From: Pirellulales bacterium
GTDB taxonomy: Bacteria; Planctomycetota; Planctomycetia; Pirellulales; UBA1268
DNA: 36,130 nucleotides
Assembly: GCA_049433245.1 (NCBI GenBank)
Contig: JBMTLP010000001.1
Span: forward strand, 1-36,130
Reading direction: 5' to 3'
Made by a program: the position numbers and the translations under genes. The notes beneath the pieces were generated by a model. That model had not been told where the DNA came from. It saw only the letters and a program-made list of their open reading frames with translations, and searched no databases. Shown piece after piece: positions 12,833 to 22,141 of the stretch. How positions within the stretch are numbered: the first letter of the stretch is position 1; each line of letters starts with the position of its first letter.

Positions 12833-13900
12833 TTAGCCGAGGGAGGCAAGTTCGCAGAGGGTGGCGGCGGAGACTGCCAGCGGGCAACTCCAAACCAGGA
12901 AGAACATCGCTTCGCGGATGGCAAGTTCGGCTGGGTGGCCGGAGACAAAGCCTGCTCCTTTGCTCGCCACGAGGCCAGCCTGAGCCGCTCGGATCACGAG
13001 GCTGTTGGCGGCCCCGCGGAGTTCGTCACGATCGTGAGGCTCGATCCCTTCGCGAACTCCCGCCAGGACGCGCTGAGCGAGCAGTTGGGCCTCGTGCGCG
13101 AGCCCTTGGGCGATCGGGGCGACGTCACTCCGGCTGCTGGCCTCCTGCGCGAGCAGACGGGCGGAAGCGAGTGCCGCTCCCACCGCGAGGGCTGACGTGG
13201 TCAGCCCGCCAGCGGACGGGCGTCGCGAACGCTCCGTTTCGATCGTTTCCAGCGGTACAGCGGAGCGGAAGTGAACCGCGGAGGTGCGGCTGCCGGTCAG
13301 CGCGAGCATCTCCATCGGTGGCTCCACCACCACACCGTCGTGGTGCGGAGCGACGACAAAGAAGAGGGGCTCGTCAGAGTCAGTCGCGGCTCCGGTGACG
13401 ATCGTGTCGACACTGTCGGCCCCGGTGACCCACGGGCAGAGTCCGTCGAGCCGCCATTGCCCGTCGACGTGTCTGGCCTGCATCGCCGCCTTGGCCAGGT
13501 GGCGGCGGCTCGTGGTCAGCTGAGAAATCCCCACGGTGGTGGTTTGCTCGCCCAGAGCGAGCGGGTGGAGCAGTCGCTGCCGCGTGTCGTCGGGTGCGGC
13601 CGCGATGATGCGGCACCCGCTAGCCCACTGGGTGAGCGCGAGGGCAGTGGTGAGACAGCAGCCTCCGAGATCGATCAGAAACTCGGTGAGGGCTCCTTCG
13701 TCGGCCGCGGTGCCGCCGCAGTCAACGGGAATGAATCCAGCCAACACGCCATGCTCGGCAAGCACGGAGAACACCCCGCTCTGCCAAGGGCCTGCTTGCG
13801 GAGTCCGCGCGGCGCGCGACGCCACCGCGTCGAGCACAGCGGACGACGTAGCTGCATCTGGATGTCGGCAGCCGATCGGAAAGAGGAGGTGGGCGGGCAT
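12833..13900 (-). CDS. acyl-CoA dehydrogenase-like flavoprotein (family-level call only)
   Basis: 355 aa. The middle-domain pattern 'WRLDGLCPWVTGADSVDTIVTGAAT...PLFFVVAP...GVVVEPPMEMLALTGSRTSAVHFRSAVPLE' matches the ACAD beta-domain consensus, and the C-terminus is helical. Confidence 0.62.
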   Translation of the reverse strand: MPAHLLFPIGCRHPDAATSSAVLDAVASRAARTPQAGPWQSGVFSVLAEHGVLAGFIPVDCGGTAADEGALTEFLIDLGGCCLTTALALTQWASGCRIIAAAPDDTRQRLLHPLALGEQTTTVGISQLTTSRRHLAKAAMQARHVDGQWRLDGLCPWVTGADSVDTIVTGAATDSDEPLFFVVAPHHDGVVVEPPMEMLALTGSRTSAVHFRSAVPLETIETERSRRPSAGGLTTSALAVGAALASARLLAQEASSRSDVAPIAQGLAHEAQLLAQRVLAGVREGIEPHDRDELRGAANSLVIRAAQAGLVASKGAGFVSGHPAELAIREAMFFLVWSCPLAVSAATLCELASLG

Positions 13901-13995
13901 CAGTGGTTGCTTTCGCGGGTGTCTGAATCCTGAGCATGATACCCACTGCTAAAACGCGGGCGGCTCGGGGTCTCGCTCCGTGTGGCGGGCGTGGC

Positions 13996-14001
13996 TATAC
14001 T
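13996..14001 (+). promoter_or_regulatory. candidate -10 hexamer TATACT upstream of the phosphorylase gene
   Basis: TATACT lies 65 nt upstream of the ATG at 14067, in the divergent intergenic region. There is no clear -35 element. It falls inside the 13980 ORF extension, which argues against that upstream start. Confidence 0.25.
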
Positions 14002-14066
14002 CAGGTTCCTTCTGGATGGTTCCCTCCGTTCCAAGCTTCCGCTTCCCGCCCCCTCGGAGCCCCGCC

Positions 14067-16313
14067 ATGAGCCAGGCAGAAGAGACTGTTCCGCGCACTC
14101 CCGGCATCCCAGCGTCTGTGTTGCCGCTCGACCGTACTGCTGGACGTCTCGCACCACCAAGACTGCACGAACTCTCGCCGCAAAACCTCTACGACAAGTG
14201 CATGGCGCTCGCCCGCAATCTGTGGTGGAGCTGGCACCCGGAGGTGACCAACCTCTTTCGCGAACTCGACCCCGTGCGATTTCGGCAACTGGGGCACAAC
14301 CCCATCGCGCTGCTGGCCGAGTTCACTCCGGAGCGGCTCGAGTCTCGTGCGGCAGAGTTGGTCCTCTACAGCCGCATCAACCAAGCGTATCGTCGGTTGA
14401 AGGAATACCTGGCGGCCGAGTCGACCTGGAGCCATGTGCACGCCGGTGTGCTCGGCTCAAAACCGGTGGTGTATTTCTCGGCAGAGTTTGGCATCCACGA
14501 GTCGGTTCCGGTGTATTCGGGCGGGCTCGGGGTGCTCGCTGGCGACCACATCAAGAGCGCCAGTGGGCTGGGCATCCCGCTGATCGCCGTCGGCCTGTTC
14601 TATAAGCAGGGGTACTTCCGCCAGGAACTCGACATCGATGGTTATCAGCATCAGGAATACATGTTGTCGCGGGTCGACAATCTGCCGATTGCGCCGGCGC
14701 TCGATGTCAACGACAAGCCCGTGATCGTGCAGATTGATACGCGGAGTGGTCCCATCCTCGCGCAGGTGTGGCGGATGTCTGTCGGGCGGGTCAACCTGTA
14801 CTTGCTTGATTCCGACGTGGAAGGAAACAAGCCCGAGGATCGCGAACTCACCAGCCGCCTCTACGGCGGTGACAACCGAGTGCGGATCCGGCAGGAACTC
14901 GTGCTCGGCATCGGTGGCGTGAAGGCCATTCGTGCCATGGGCATCACCCCTGGGGTCTACCACCTCAACGAAGGTCACTCCGCGTTTGCCACGCTCGAGG
15001 CCGTGCGTGGGCGGATGGACCGCGACGGTTGGTCGTACGAAGAGGCAGTCCGGCGGGTGTCGCGGCAGACCGTGTTTACGACGCACACGCCCGTGCCGGC
15101 TGGTCATGATCGTTTTGATGCCGGCTTGGTCGAGGAGCACCTCGGGCCGATCCGCGATGCGATGGGCATTTCCCATGACCATCTGATGTCGCTCGGTCGT
15201 GTGGAGCCACACAATCACGACGAACCGTTCTGCATGACGGTGCTTGCCCTCAAGCTCTCTCGACGTGCCAACGCGGTCAGCGCTCTGCATGGCCATGTGA
15301 GCCGTCGCATGTGGAACAGCCTTTGGCCGTCGCGCGGTGAAGAAGAGGTGCCAATTGGGCACATCACCAACGGCGTGCACGTGCCGAGTTGGCTGTCTTG
15401 GCAGATGCTGCAACTCTACGACCGCATGTTCCCCGCAGGCTGGGGGCGGCGGATGGGTGAGCCAGACGTCTGGCAGAAAATCTATGACGTCGACTCGGGC
15501 GAACTTTGGGAAACGCACTACGCCCTCAAGAATCTCCTCCTGCAGTTTGTTCGACGCCGGCTCGCCCGGCAGTGCAGCCGGCGTGGAGAGTGCGATGAGG
15601 CTGTGGAGCAGGCAAGAACGGTGCTTGACCCCAACATCCTCACGATCGGTTTTGCCCGCCGCTTTGCTACCTACAAGCGGGCTGATCTGGTCCTCTCCGA
15701 TCTGGATCGCCTGCTGGCGATGATCAGCGACCCTGATCGTCCGATTCAGATCATCTTTGCGGGCAAGGCCCACCCGGCCGACGAGCCCGGCAAGGCGTTG
15801 ATCCGTAAGATCGCGAACCTGCGGCACGACGAGCGGACGAGTGGCCGCATCGTGTTCATTGAAGACTACGACATCAACGTCTGCCGTCACCTGATCCAAG
15901 GCGTCGATGTGTGGCTCAATAATCCCCGGCGGCCGCTTGAGGCGTCGGGTACGAGTGGCCAAAAGGTCGTGCTCAACGGTGGGCTCAACTGCTCAATCCT
16001 CGACGGTTGGTGGGCGGAAGCATTTGACGGCCGGAATGGTTTTGCGATTGGACGTGGTGAAACCCACGCCCAGGATCAGATCACCGACCAGCGAGACGCG
16101 GCGGCGCTCTACGACGTGCTCGAGAAGGAAGTCATCCCGCTGTTCTACGATCGCGATAGCGATGGTCTGCCGCGCGAGTGGATCCGCATGATGAAGAACT
16201 CGATCAGTTCACTCGCTTGGCGGTTCAGTGCGCACCGCATGGTGATGGACTACGCTCGTGCCTGCTACGTGCCGGCTGCGGGTGGCGTGTCGTGTGACAT
16301 GGCGAGTCGCTAG
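14067..16313 (+). CDS. glgP: alpha-glucan (glycogen/maltodextrin) phosphorylase, GT35, alpha-glucan family with DUF3417-type N-terminus
   Basis: 'LWWSWHPEVTNLFRELDPVRFRQLGHNPIALL' (N-domain), 'YSGGLGVLAGDHIKSASGLGIPLIAVGLFYKQGYF', and 'EASGTSGQKVVLNGGLNCSILDGWW' (PLP-lysine region). ATG at 14067 preferred over GTG at 13980. Confidence 0.92.
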   Translation: MSQAEETVPRTPGIPASVLPLDRTAGRLAPPRLHELSPQNLYDKCMALARNLWWSWHPEVTNLFRELDPVRFRQLGHNPIALLAEFTPERLESRAAELVLYSRINQAYRRLKEYLAAESTWSHVHAGVLGSKPVVYFSAEFGIHESVPVYSGGLGVLAGDHIKSASGLGIPLIAVGLFYKQGYFRQELDIDGYQHQEYMLSRVDNLPIAPALDVNDKPVIVQIDTRSGPILAQVWRMSVGRVNLYLLDSDVEGNKPEDRELTSRLYGGDNRVRIRQELVLGIGGVKAIRAMGITPGVYHLNEGHSAFATLEAVRGRMDRDGWSYEEAVRRVSRQTVFTTHTPVPAGHDRFDAGLVEEHLGPIRDAMGISHDHLMSLGRVEPHNHDEPFCMTVLALKLSRRANAVSALHGHVSRRMWNSLWPSRGEEEVPIGHITNGVHVPSWLSWQMLQLYDRMFPAGWGRRMGEPDVWQKIYDVDSGELWETHYALKNLLLQFVRRRLARQCSRRGECDEAVEQARTVLDPNILTIGFARRFATYKRADLVLSDLDRLLAMISDPDRPIQIIFAGKAHPADEPGKALIRKIANLRHDERTSGRIVFIEDYDINVCRHLIQGVDVWLNNPRRPLEASGTSGQKVVLNGGLNCSILDGWWAEAFDGRNGFAIGRGETHAQDQITDQRDAAALYDVLEKEVIPLFYDRDSDGLPREWIRMMKNSISSLAWRFSAHRMVMDYARACYVPAAGGVSCDMASR

Positions 16314-17272
16314 ACGTTCGACGAATCCTCGTCTGGTCGCCGCTGACGCCACCATGTCGCAAGGCCGCTGCCGATCACCGAGTGCGTCAACGCGGAGATC
16401 GCTCCGGGGACCGCGGTGAGCGGCTCGGCGGCGAAGTGCTTCTGCGCGAGCACGACGCCAAGGCCAGAGTTTTGCATGCCCGTTTCGATGGAGATCGTGC
16501 GGGCGACGGTAGTGGTGTAGCCCAGCAGCTTGGCAAAAGTGTAGCCCACGGCAAAGCCGGCGGCGTGCAGCAAGACGATGGCCGCGAGCAGTTGGAGCCC
16601 GGCGGTTCGCACCGCGTCGGCGTTCTGCCCGATGATGCTGCCGCAGATGAGCGCGATCGTCAGCACGCTCACCAACGGAGCGGCTGGGAGCACGTGAGCA
16701 ACGGCGCGGGGAGAGACTTTGTTGAAGAACGCGCCGGCGGCCACGGGCAGGATCACCACCTGCAGCGTGGAGAGGAAGAGCCCCCAGGAGTCGACCTCAA
16801 CGAGCTGTCCCGCCAGCAGCTGGGTGAGTAGCGGCGTGAGGGCGACGGCGGCAAGGGTTGAGCAGGTGGTCATCGCGACGGAGAGCGCGATGTCGGCCCG
16901 AGCGATGAAGGTGACCACGTTCGACGCGGTCCCGCCCGGGCAGCAGGCGACGAGAATCAGTCCCACGGCGAACGGTGTTGGCAAGCCGAGGCCTACGCCG
17001 ATCGCCCATCCAGCGGTGGGCATGATCACAAACTGGGCGATCACACCGGCCAGCACCGCGGCGGGGCGGGAGGCCACTCGCCAAAAATCGGCGGGGGAGA
17101 GCGTCATTCCCATGCCGAGCATGATCACGGCCAGACCGGCCACAATCAGCTTCCCCTCAAACCAGGAGAAAAGCCTTGGCTCGATCAGGGCGAGACCGCA
17201 GGCGACTGCGACCCACAGAGGAAACGCATTGGCGAGCCGTTCGAGCAGGGGAGCGGTCGAAGAGGGGGGCAT
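16310..17272 (-). CDS. bile acid:sodium symporter (BASS/SBF) family transporter
   Basis: Polytopic. 'MGMTLSPADF', 'GLILVACCPGGTASNVVTFIA' and 'ISIETGMQNSGLGVVLA' are the conserved BASS signatures. The ORF opens at 17443, but the hydrophilic 57-aa leader is unlikely; I chose the ATG at 17272. Confidence 0.87.
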   Translation of the reverse strand: MPPSSTAPLLERLANAFPLWVAVACGLALIEPRLFSWFEGKLIVAGLAVIMLGMGMTLSPADFWRVASRPAAVLAGVIAQFVIMPTAGWAIGVGLGLPTPFAVGLILVACCPGGTASNVVTFIARADIALSVAMTTCSTLAAVALTPLLTQLLAGQLVEVDSWGLFLSTLQVVILPVAAGAFFNKVSPRAVAHVLPAAPLVSVLTIALICGSIIGQNADAVRTAGLQLLAAIVLLHAAGFAVGYTFAKLLGYTTTVARTISIETGMQNSGLGVVLAQKHFAAEPLTAVPGAISALTHSVIGSGLATWWRQRRPDEDSSNV

Positions 17273-17474
17273 AGGGAGTTGCCAAAGTTGTGGGAGAGGG
17301 ACAAGCGCGTAGTCTATCTGCTCGTGCCCCAAGGCTCCCTGGTTTCCATGGTGGGACGAGGATGGCGCTCGAACGAGCGAATCGTCGCACACGAGCCAAT
17401 CGCGGTGGCCGTCGAGTCCGTCTTCGCTCACACTACGAGTCACTCAGACGCAGGTTACAGAAGGAGTTCGGCGG

Positions 17475-18296
17475 ATGGTGATCTTAGTCGTGAAGATCGT
17501 GTCGGCGATCGTGTATCCAGCCGGCATGGCGTTTTTTCTCATCGCGACCGGAATGGGGCTTTGGCGGTGGGCGCGAAGCGACCGCTGGCAGAGGCGTGGA
17601 CGCTGGCTCGCTGTGATCGGCCTCGCTGCGTTCTATCTGTTCAGTAATGGTCTGGTCGCTGAGCAACTCGCGCTGTCCTTAGAGCGACGCGTGATGGCAC
17701 CCGACCCCATGCCCCATGCGGATGGAGTGATTGTGCTGGGGGGTGGTATCAGCCCTCGGGCCTATCCCCGGCAGACGGCGGAGGTGCACGATGCCGGCGA
17801 TCGGCTGCTCTATGGGGCGCACCTGATCCGCGAAGGCCTCGCCGATTGGATGGTGTGTGCTGGCGGTGGTGGGGAACTGTCTGTAATCCAGCAGACGGAA
17901 GCCGAGGCGATGCAGGAAATGCTTGCTTGGATGGGGGTGGCGGAGGAGCAGATCACGCTCGACACGAAGTCGAGAAACACGCGGGAAAATGCGGCGGAGA
18001 GCCTGCCTCTGGCCATGCAACGGGGAGCTCGCAGCGTGTATTTGGTGACGTCCGCCAGCCACATGCCCCGGTCGCTGGGGATCTACCGCAAACAGGCCGA
18101 GCAACTGGGGATCACCGATCTCGAGATCATTCCTGCCCCCTGCGATTACATCGCGATCGATCCCGAGAAGGACCAGCCGTGGTACTACCGGATGGCGATG
18201 TCGCTGCTCCCCAATGCATGGTCGCTGCGAACATCCACCCAAATCCTGCACGAGTACTACGGCATGGCCTACTACCGGCTGCGTGGGTGGATCTGA
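17475..18296 (+). CDS. DUF218 (YdcF/ElyC/SanA-like) membrane-anchored protein
   Basis: 273 aa with two N-terminal TM helices, then 'DGVIVLGGG' ... 'TKSRNTRENA' ... 'VYLVTSASHMPRS', which are the DUF218 hallmarks. SD AGGAG lies 8 nt upstream of the ATG. Confidence 0.85.
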   Translation: MVILVVKIVSAIVYPAGMAFFLIATGMGLWRWARSDRWQRRGRWLAVIGLAAFYLFSNGLVAEQLALSLERRVMAPDPMPHADGVIVLGGGISPRAYPRQTAEVHDAGDRLLYGAHLIREGLADWMVCAGGGGELSVIQQTEAEAMQEMLAWMGVAEEQITLDTKSRNTRENAAESLPLAMQRGARSVYLVTSASHMPRSLGIYRKQAEQLGITDLEIIPAPCDYIAIDPEKDQPWYYRMAMSLLPNAWSLRTSTQILHEYYGMAYYRLRGWI

Positions 18297-18325
18297 GCGA
18301 TCTGGGACGCAGCTCTCAAGAACCG

Positions 18326-20098
18326 ATGAAGGAGCGTGTGATGCACAGCTGGTGGTGCAACGGAAAGGTCGCGGCGTGTCTGTGGATGGTCGTGGCCGGA
18401 TGGCTTGCCGCAGGTCTGGTGGCGGTGGCTGACGACATGTCGGAAGCCGTGACACGGTGGTACGGCGAACTCGATGCCACGGATCGTCGCTTTCGCTTCA
18501 TCCTGGAGCACACTGGCGATTGGCAGCTGCGGAGCCTGGACGAGGGAGACCAGCGGTTTGTGGTTGAAAACTATCGCGCTGACACAGAACGGCTGCGGTT
18601 CGAACTGCCGATCTCCCAAGCCCGGGACGCTGGCAACGTGCGGGCGGATGGCAGCGTGGAGGGCGTGTGGGAGCAGCGAGGGCAGTCGTTGCCACTCGAC
18701 TTCCGACCGGTCGGCGACACGCCGGTGCCACCACCAGCGGAAGAAGTCTGGGCCGGTGAACTCAACGCGACTGTGCAAAAACTGCCGTTGCGGTTTCGTG
18801 TCACACGGGATGCCGCAGGATTGCGGACCGCCTGGATGGACAGCCCCATGCAGCAGGCCGGTGGCTTTCGCGGCGATCTGGGGATCAAGGATCGCATCTG
18901 GAGCTTCGACGTGCCCGCCGTGCGCGGACGGTTTGAGGGCACGCTCTCCGACGATGAGCAAACGCTCGAGGGTACCTGGGCGCAAGGCGGGCTGTCCTTT
19001 CCGCTCACCCTCGCGCGAGCGGCGGAAGGCGCGATTGTCCAACCCGCGGTCAAGCTGCGTCCGCAAACGCCTCAGCCCCCCTTCCCCTACCACAGTGAAG
19101 ACGTCGTGTTTCGGAACGCCGCGGCGGATGTGACGCTGGCTGGCACGCTCACGCTGCCTGAGGGGGAAGGACCTTTTCCAGCCGTCGTGCTCATCTCGGG
19201 ATCAGGGCCCCAGGACCGCGACGAAACCCTCTTTGAGCACAAGCCCTTTGCGGTGCTCGCCGATGCGTTGACCCGCCGTGGCGTGGCCGTGTTGCGTTAC
19301 GATGACCGGGGGGTCGGCGGATCCTCGGAAGGGTCTCCGGAGGCGACGAGTGAAGACTTCGCTCTCGACGTCGATGCCGCCCGTGCGTTTCTGGCCGCCC
19401 GTCCGGAGATCGATGCCGCTCGGGTCGGCTTGGTGGGACACAGTGAAGGGGCGATGGTGGCCGGGATCGCGGCGGCGAGGAAGCCGGGGGTCGCATGTGT
19501 GGTGATGCTTGCCGGAGCTGGCGTTGATGGCAGGCAGGTGCTGCTCACGCAGGGACGCCGCGTGTTGGAAGCGGAGGGTGTAAGCGATCCTGCGCAGCTT
19601 GAGCGACAGCGGGTGGTGCAGGAGGTGCTCATGGAGACTGTGCAGGAGGCGGCCCCTGGTACGTCACTTGAAAAGATGGCCAGCGATGCCGCGGTTCGGT
19701 TGCGGCAGGAACTCCCAGAGGACGACCCCGCTCGCGATGACCTCGAGTCCTTTGCCGAAGCGGGGGTAGCACGGCTGGCGTCTCCGTGGTTTCGTTTTTT
19801 TCTCGAGCATGATCCGTCGCAGCCGCTACAGGCGCTCTCCTGCCCTGTCCTCGCTCTTGTCGGTAGCAAGGCCGTGCAGGTGGATGCGGCCACCAACCTG
19901 CCACCATTGCGGGAGGCGGTGGCCAAGGCAGGCCCTCCTCTGTCGGTCGTGGAAGACCTGCCCGGGCTCAACCATCTCTTTCAGACCGCGACGTCGGGGG
20001 CCGTGAGCGAATACGACACCATTGAGGAGACGATGGCGGTGGAACTGCTCGACCGGGTGGGGGACTGGCTGGAGGCCGTCTTTGGCGGCGATTCGTGA
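18326..20098 (+). CDS. exported alpha/beta-hydrolase with duplicated N-terminal beta-rich domain
   Basis: Signal-like N-terminus 'VAACLWMVVAGWLAAGLVAVA', a hydrolase core with nucleophile elbow 'GHSEGA', and oxyanion-region 'VVLISGSGPQDRDE'. The track ORF starts at 17846 but that part overlaps the DUF218 gene. ATG at 18326 (or 18341) chosen. Confidence 0.8.
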   Translation: MKERVMHSWWCNGKVAACLWMVVAGWLAAGLVAVADDMSEAVTRWYGELDATDRRFRFILEHTGDWQLRSLDEGDQRFVVENYRADTERLRFELPISQARDAGNVRADGSVEGVWEQRGQSLPLDFRPVGDTPVPPPAEEVWAGELNATVQKLPLRFRVTRDAAGLRTAWMDSPMQQAGGFRGDLGIKDRIWSFDVPAVRGRFEGTLSDDEQTLEGTWAQGGLSFPLTLARAAEGAIVQPAVKLRPQTPQPPFPYHSEDVVFRNAAADVTLAGTLTLPEGEGPFPAVVLISGSGPQDRDETLFEHKPFAVLADALTRRGVAVLRYDDRGVGGSSEGSPEATSEDFALDVDAARAFLAARPEIDAARVGLVGHSEGAMVAGIAAARKPGVACVVMLAGAGVDGRQVLLTQGRRVLEAEGVSDPAQLERQRVVQEVLMETVQEAAPGTSLEKMASDAAVRLRQELPEDDPARDDLESFAEAGVARLASPWFRFFLEHDPSQPLQALSCPVLALVGSKAVQVDAATNLPPLREAVAKAGPPLSVVEDLPGLNHLFQTATSGAVSEYDTIEETMAVELLDRVGDWLEAVFGGDS

Positions 20099-20175
20099 AA
20101 AATGACGCCGTCGCGCGAACAATCGACGGGTGAAACTCGTATTCCTTCCTGCTGAACTTGCTCGGGGGGGAATCG

Positions 20176-20463
20176 ATGGACGTGACCGACGTTTCAAATC
20201 AGTTGCTGACCGAGTGTGATGTGGCGGCACATCTGCGGTGTTCGCTTGAGGTCGTGCGACGCTACCGAGCCGAGCGCGCGTTGCCTGCGTTCTACGTCGG
20301 CACGCAACTGGTTTTTCGGCGGTTCGATGTGGAGGCTCTCTGTGCCGAGGCGTCGGCTGCTTCCCGGACTGTGATGAATCGCGTGGCTTTTGGTACCGGG
20401 GTGCGTCGTCAGCGGGTCGTGCAACCGTTGCTGTGTGACACGACCGAGCTCATGCTTTCCTAA
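20176..20463 (+). CDS. small helix-turn-helix DNA-binding protein (excisionase/MerR-superfamily HTH_17-like)
   Basis: 'LLTECDVAAHLRCSLEVVRRYRAERALPAFYVGTQLVFRRFDVEAL' matches the excisionase-type HTH pattern. The ATG at 20176 is preceded by a G-rich SD; the track start is TTG at 20158. Confidence 0.6.
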   Translation: MDVTDVSNQLLTECDVAAHLRCSLEVVRRYRAERALPAFYVGTQLVFRRFDVEALCAEASAASRTVMNRVAFGTGVRRQRVVQPLLCDTTELMLS

Positions 20464-20488
20464 AGCAACGTTGCTGCCAGAGTGCTCT

Positions 20489-22141
20489 CTAAACGCATTC
20501 CACGTAGCACCTCGGGGCCAGTTTCTTGCGGAGTGCGAGGACGTCCTTCCGTGGCAGCACAGGGCTCGCGGAGAGGGTCAGCCACCGCAGGTTCGGGAGG
20601 CGAGCGATGCGGCTGAGGCCCTTGCTTGTGATGGCGGTGCCCGTCAGAGAGAGTCGCCGCAGGCGAGGCAGTGACACAATGGCTGTCAGCATGGCATCGC
20701 TGATGGCGGCCTGGTCGACTTCCAGAAGTTCGAGCCTCTGCAAACGGGCGATCTCACCCGTCATCGAATCGTCGAATGTTTTTGAGTTGGCGATGGCGAG
20801 TTGCTGGATGTTCGGCCAACTGGACAGAACGAATCGCAGCCGGTCTGCGTCTTCTTGACGGATTGGGGAACCGTTGACGCCGAGGGCGACGGAGTCGACG
20901 AGGCCGTTCTCCGCGATGAATGCCAACCGGTCCAGGTCGGGCAGTTCGCCAAAATCAAGGTGTCCCTCCAGCACGTTGATCCACACGTTCCACGTCCGCG
21001 AGGCCAGGTCTCGGATCGGAGCGTTCTGCTTCGCGCAGGCTTTGTTGCGAGCTGCCGAAGGTTGCGCGAGACCGAGTTCGCTGCTGTTGGGTGTGAAGGC
21101 CAGGCGGTCACGAACGCCGTCCGTCACCGCGAAGTGCGTCGCATCGGCAATCGTGATCGCAGGGCAAGCGTGCAGGGAAAGCCGTTCCAGTGCGGGCAGC
21201 TTACCCGCCTGAGCCAAGACGGCTGCCGAGATCTTCGTTCGCGAGAGGTCAAGGTCTTTGATCGTCGGATGCGTGCCGAGCGTGGCGAAGTCGGCATCTG
21301 TCAGGTCGCTCCCTGCGAAGTAGACCGCGGTGAGTTTTGGAAAGGAGCCGAGCATTGGGCAGACCAGGTTTGCCACCTTCACTGAGTCGGAGAGATCCAG
21401 GCTCGACGCCGTTCTCCACCCCTCAAGGAGCGTGGTGAGAACCCCGCGTTTGTCAGGAGAGAGTTTCAGCGATGTCAGCTCAATCGACCGTACGTCGGGC
21501 AGCGTGGCGAGCGAGGTCGCTTCTTTGAGGGAGAGTTTCCGCAACTGTCGGAGCATCACGTCGAGTGCTGGAGCGCGATGATCTGAGAGCGAGCCATCCG
21601 CTTTCTTCATCAGCAGTGTCTTCGCTGTGCGGAGCGACAGAGCGGCTATTTTTTCGGAGCCAGACGCTGCGCTCGCAGCAGATCGTGGCCGGGCCCTTGC
21701 AGGGAGTCGTGGCGGATCTGCGATCGCCGCAGATGCAGCTGGTTTGAGCAGTCGCTTCGTGAGGCTCTGCAGTGTTCGTCGCCAGGCGGCAAGGTCGCCG
21801 GCCTCTCGCCAAAGATCGGCGAGGGTCGATGCGTCGCTGATTGCGGTGATGATCTCCACGGCCTGCGCTGTCAGCTGAGGCGTTGGCTGATAGACGTTTT
21901 CACGGACCCACGTAGCGGCCTCTGCGGCACCGGCTGCAAAGCCTCGCATCGGATGCCCATTTGCCGCAGCGATCACTTCACTGGCGGCAATGGCAGCTGC
22001 GCAGCGGCTCTCATCCTGCGTGATACTTCGTTTGGCTCCGCGGAGCGCGGCGGTGATTACCTTACGGCCCTCTTTGCTGAGCCTCGTCTCCAACTCGCCA
22101 GCGTCGTCATTCTCAAACGGACCAGTTCCCCACGTGCCCAT
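20489..22141 (-). CDS. DUF4259-like N-terminal domain fused to leucine-rich repeats
   Basis: The N-terminus 'MGTWGTGPFENDDAGELETRL' is the signature start of DUF4259 proteins. A linker rich in A/P/R/S follows. The C-terminal ~360 aa carry irregular LRRs, e.g. 'LRRLSLTGTAITSKGLSRIARLPNLRWLTLSAS' and 'IKDLDLSRTKISAAVLAQAGKLPALERLSLHAC'. Confidence 0.72.
   Translation of the reverse strand: MGTWGTGPFENDDAGELETRLSKEGRKVITAALRGAKRSITQDESRCAAAIAASEVIAAANGHPMRGFAAGAAEAATWVRENVYQPTPQLTAQAVEIITAISDASTLADLWREAGDLAAWRRTLQSLTKRLLKPAASAAIADPPRLPARARPRSAASAASGSEKIAALSLRTAKTLLMKKADGSLSDHRAPALDVMLRQLRKLSLKEATSLATLPDVRSIELTSLKLSPDKRGVLTTLLEGWRTASSLDLSDSVKVANLVCPMLGSFPKLTAVYFAGSDLTDADFATLGTHPTIKDLDLSRTKISAAVLAQAGKLPALERLSLHACPAITIADATHFAVTDGVRDRLAFTPNSSELGLAQPSAARNKACAKQNAPIRDLASRTWNVWINVLEGHLDFGELPDLDRLAFIAENGLVDSVALGVNGSPIRQEDADRLRFVLSSWPNIQQLAIANSKTFDDSMTGEIARLQRLELLEVDQAAISDAMLTAIVSLPRLRRLSLTGTAITSKGLSRIARLPNLRWLTLSASPVLPRKDVLALRKKLAPRCYVECV

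Noticed and set aside
16310-17443. 57-aa hydrophilic leader on the BASS transporter ORF, plus similar upstream extensions at 13980 (glgP), 23820 (uvrC), 32245 (DUF11 gene), 28273 (TPR gene) and 12772 (GT9)
   Set aside because: Internal ATGs coincide with the start of family-conserved sequence or a signal peptide. They are in several cases preceded by SD-like motifs or by -10-like hexamers that would otherwise lie inside the ORF.
17846-18325. N-terminal 160 aa of the 750-aa ORF overlapping the DUF218 gene
   Set aside because: It overlaps a gene with clear DUF218 motifs in another frame. A signal-peptide-bearing start at 18326/18341 gives a sensible exported hydrolase.
20464-20475. Perfect 12-nt palindrome AGCAACGTTGCT as a bidirectional terminator; likewise the 7-2-7 inverted repeat ATGCTGG-TG-CCAGCAT at 22203-22218 and CTGCGG-TGG-CCGCAG at 29197-29211
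   Set aside because: The stems are short (4-7 bp), the loops are too tight, and no U-tracts follow. They may be protein-binding sites or chance palindromes, and the support is too weak to annotate them as terminators.
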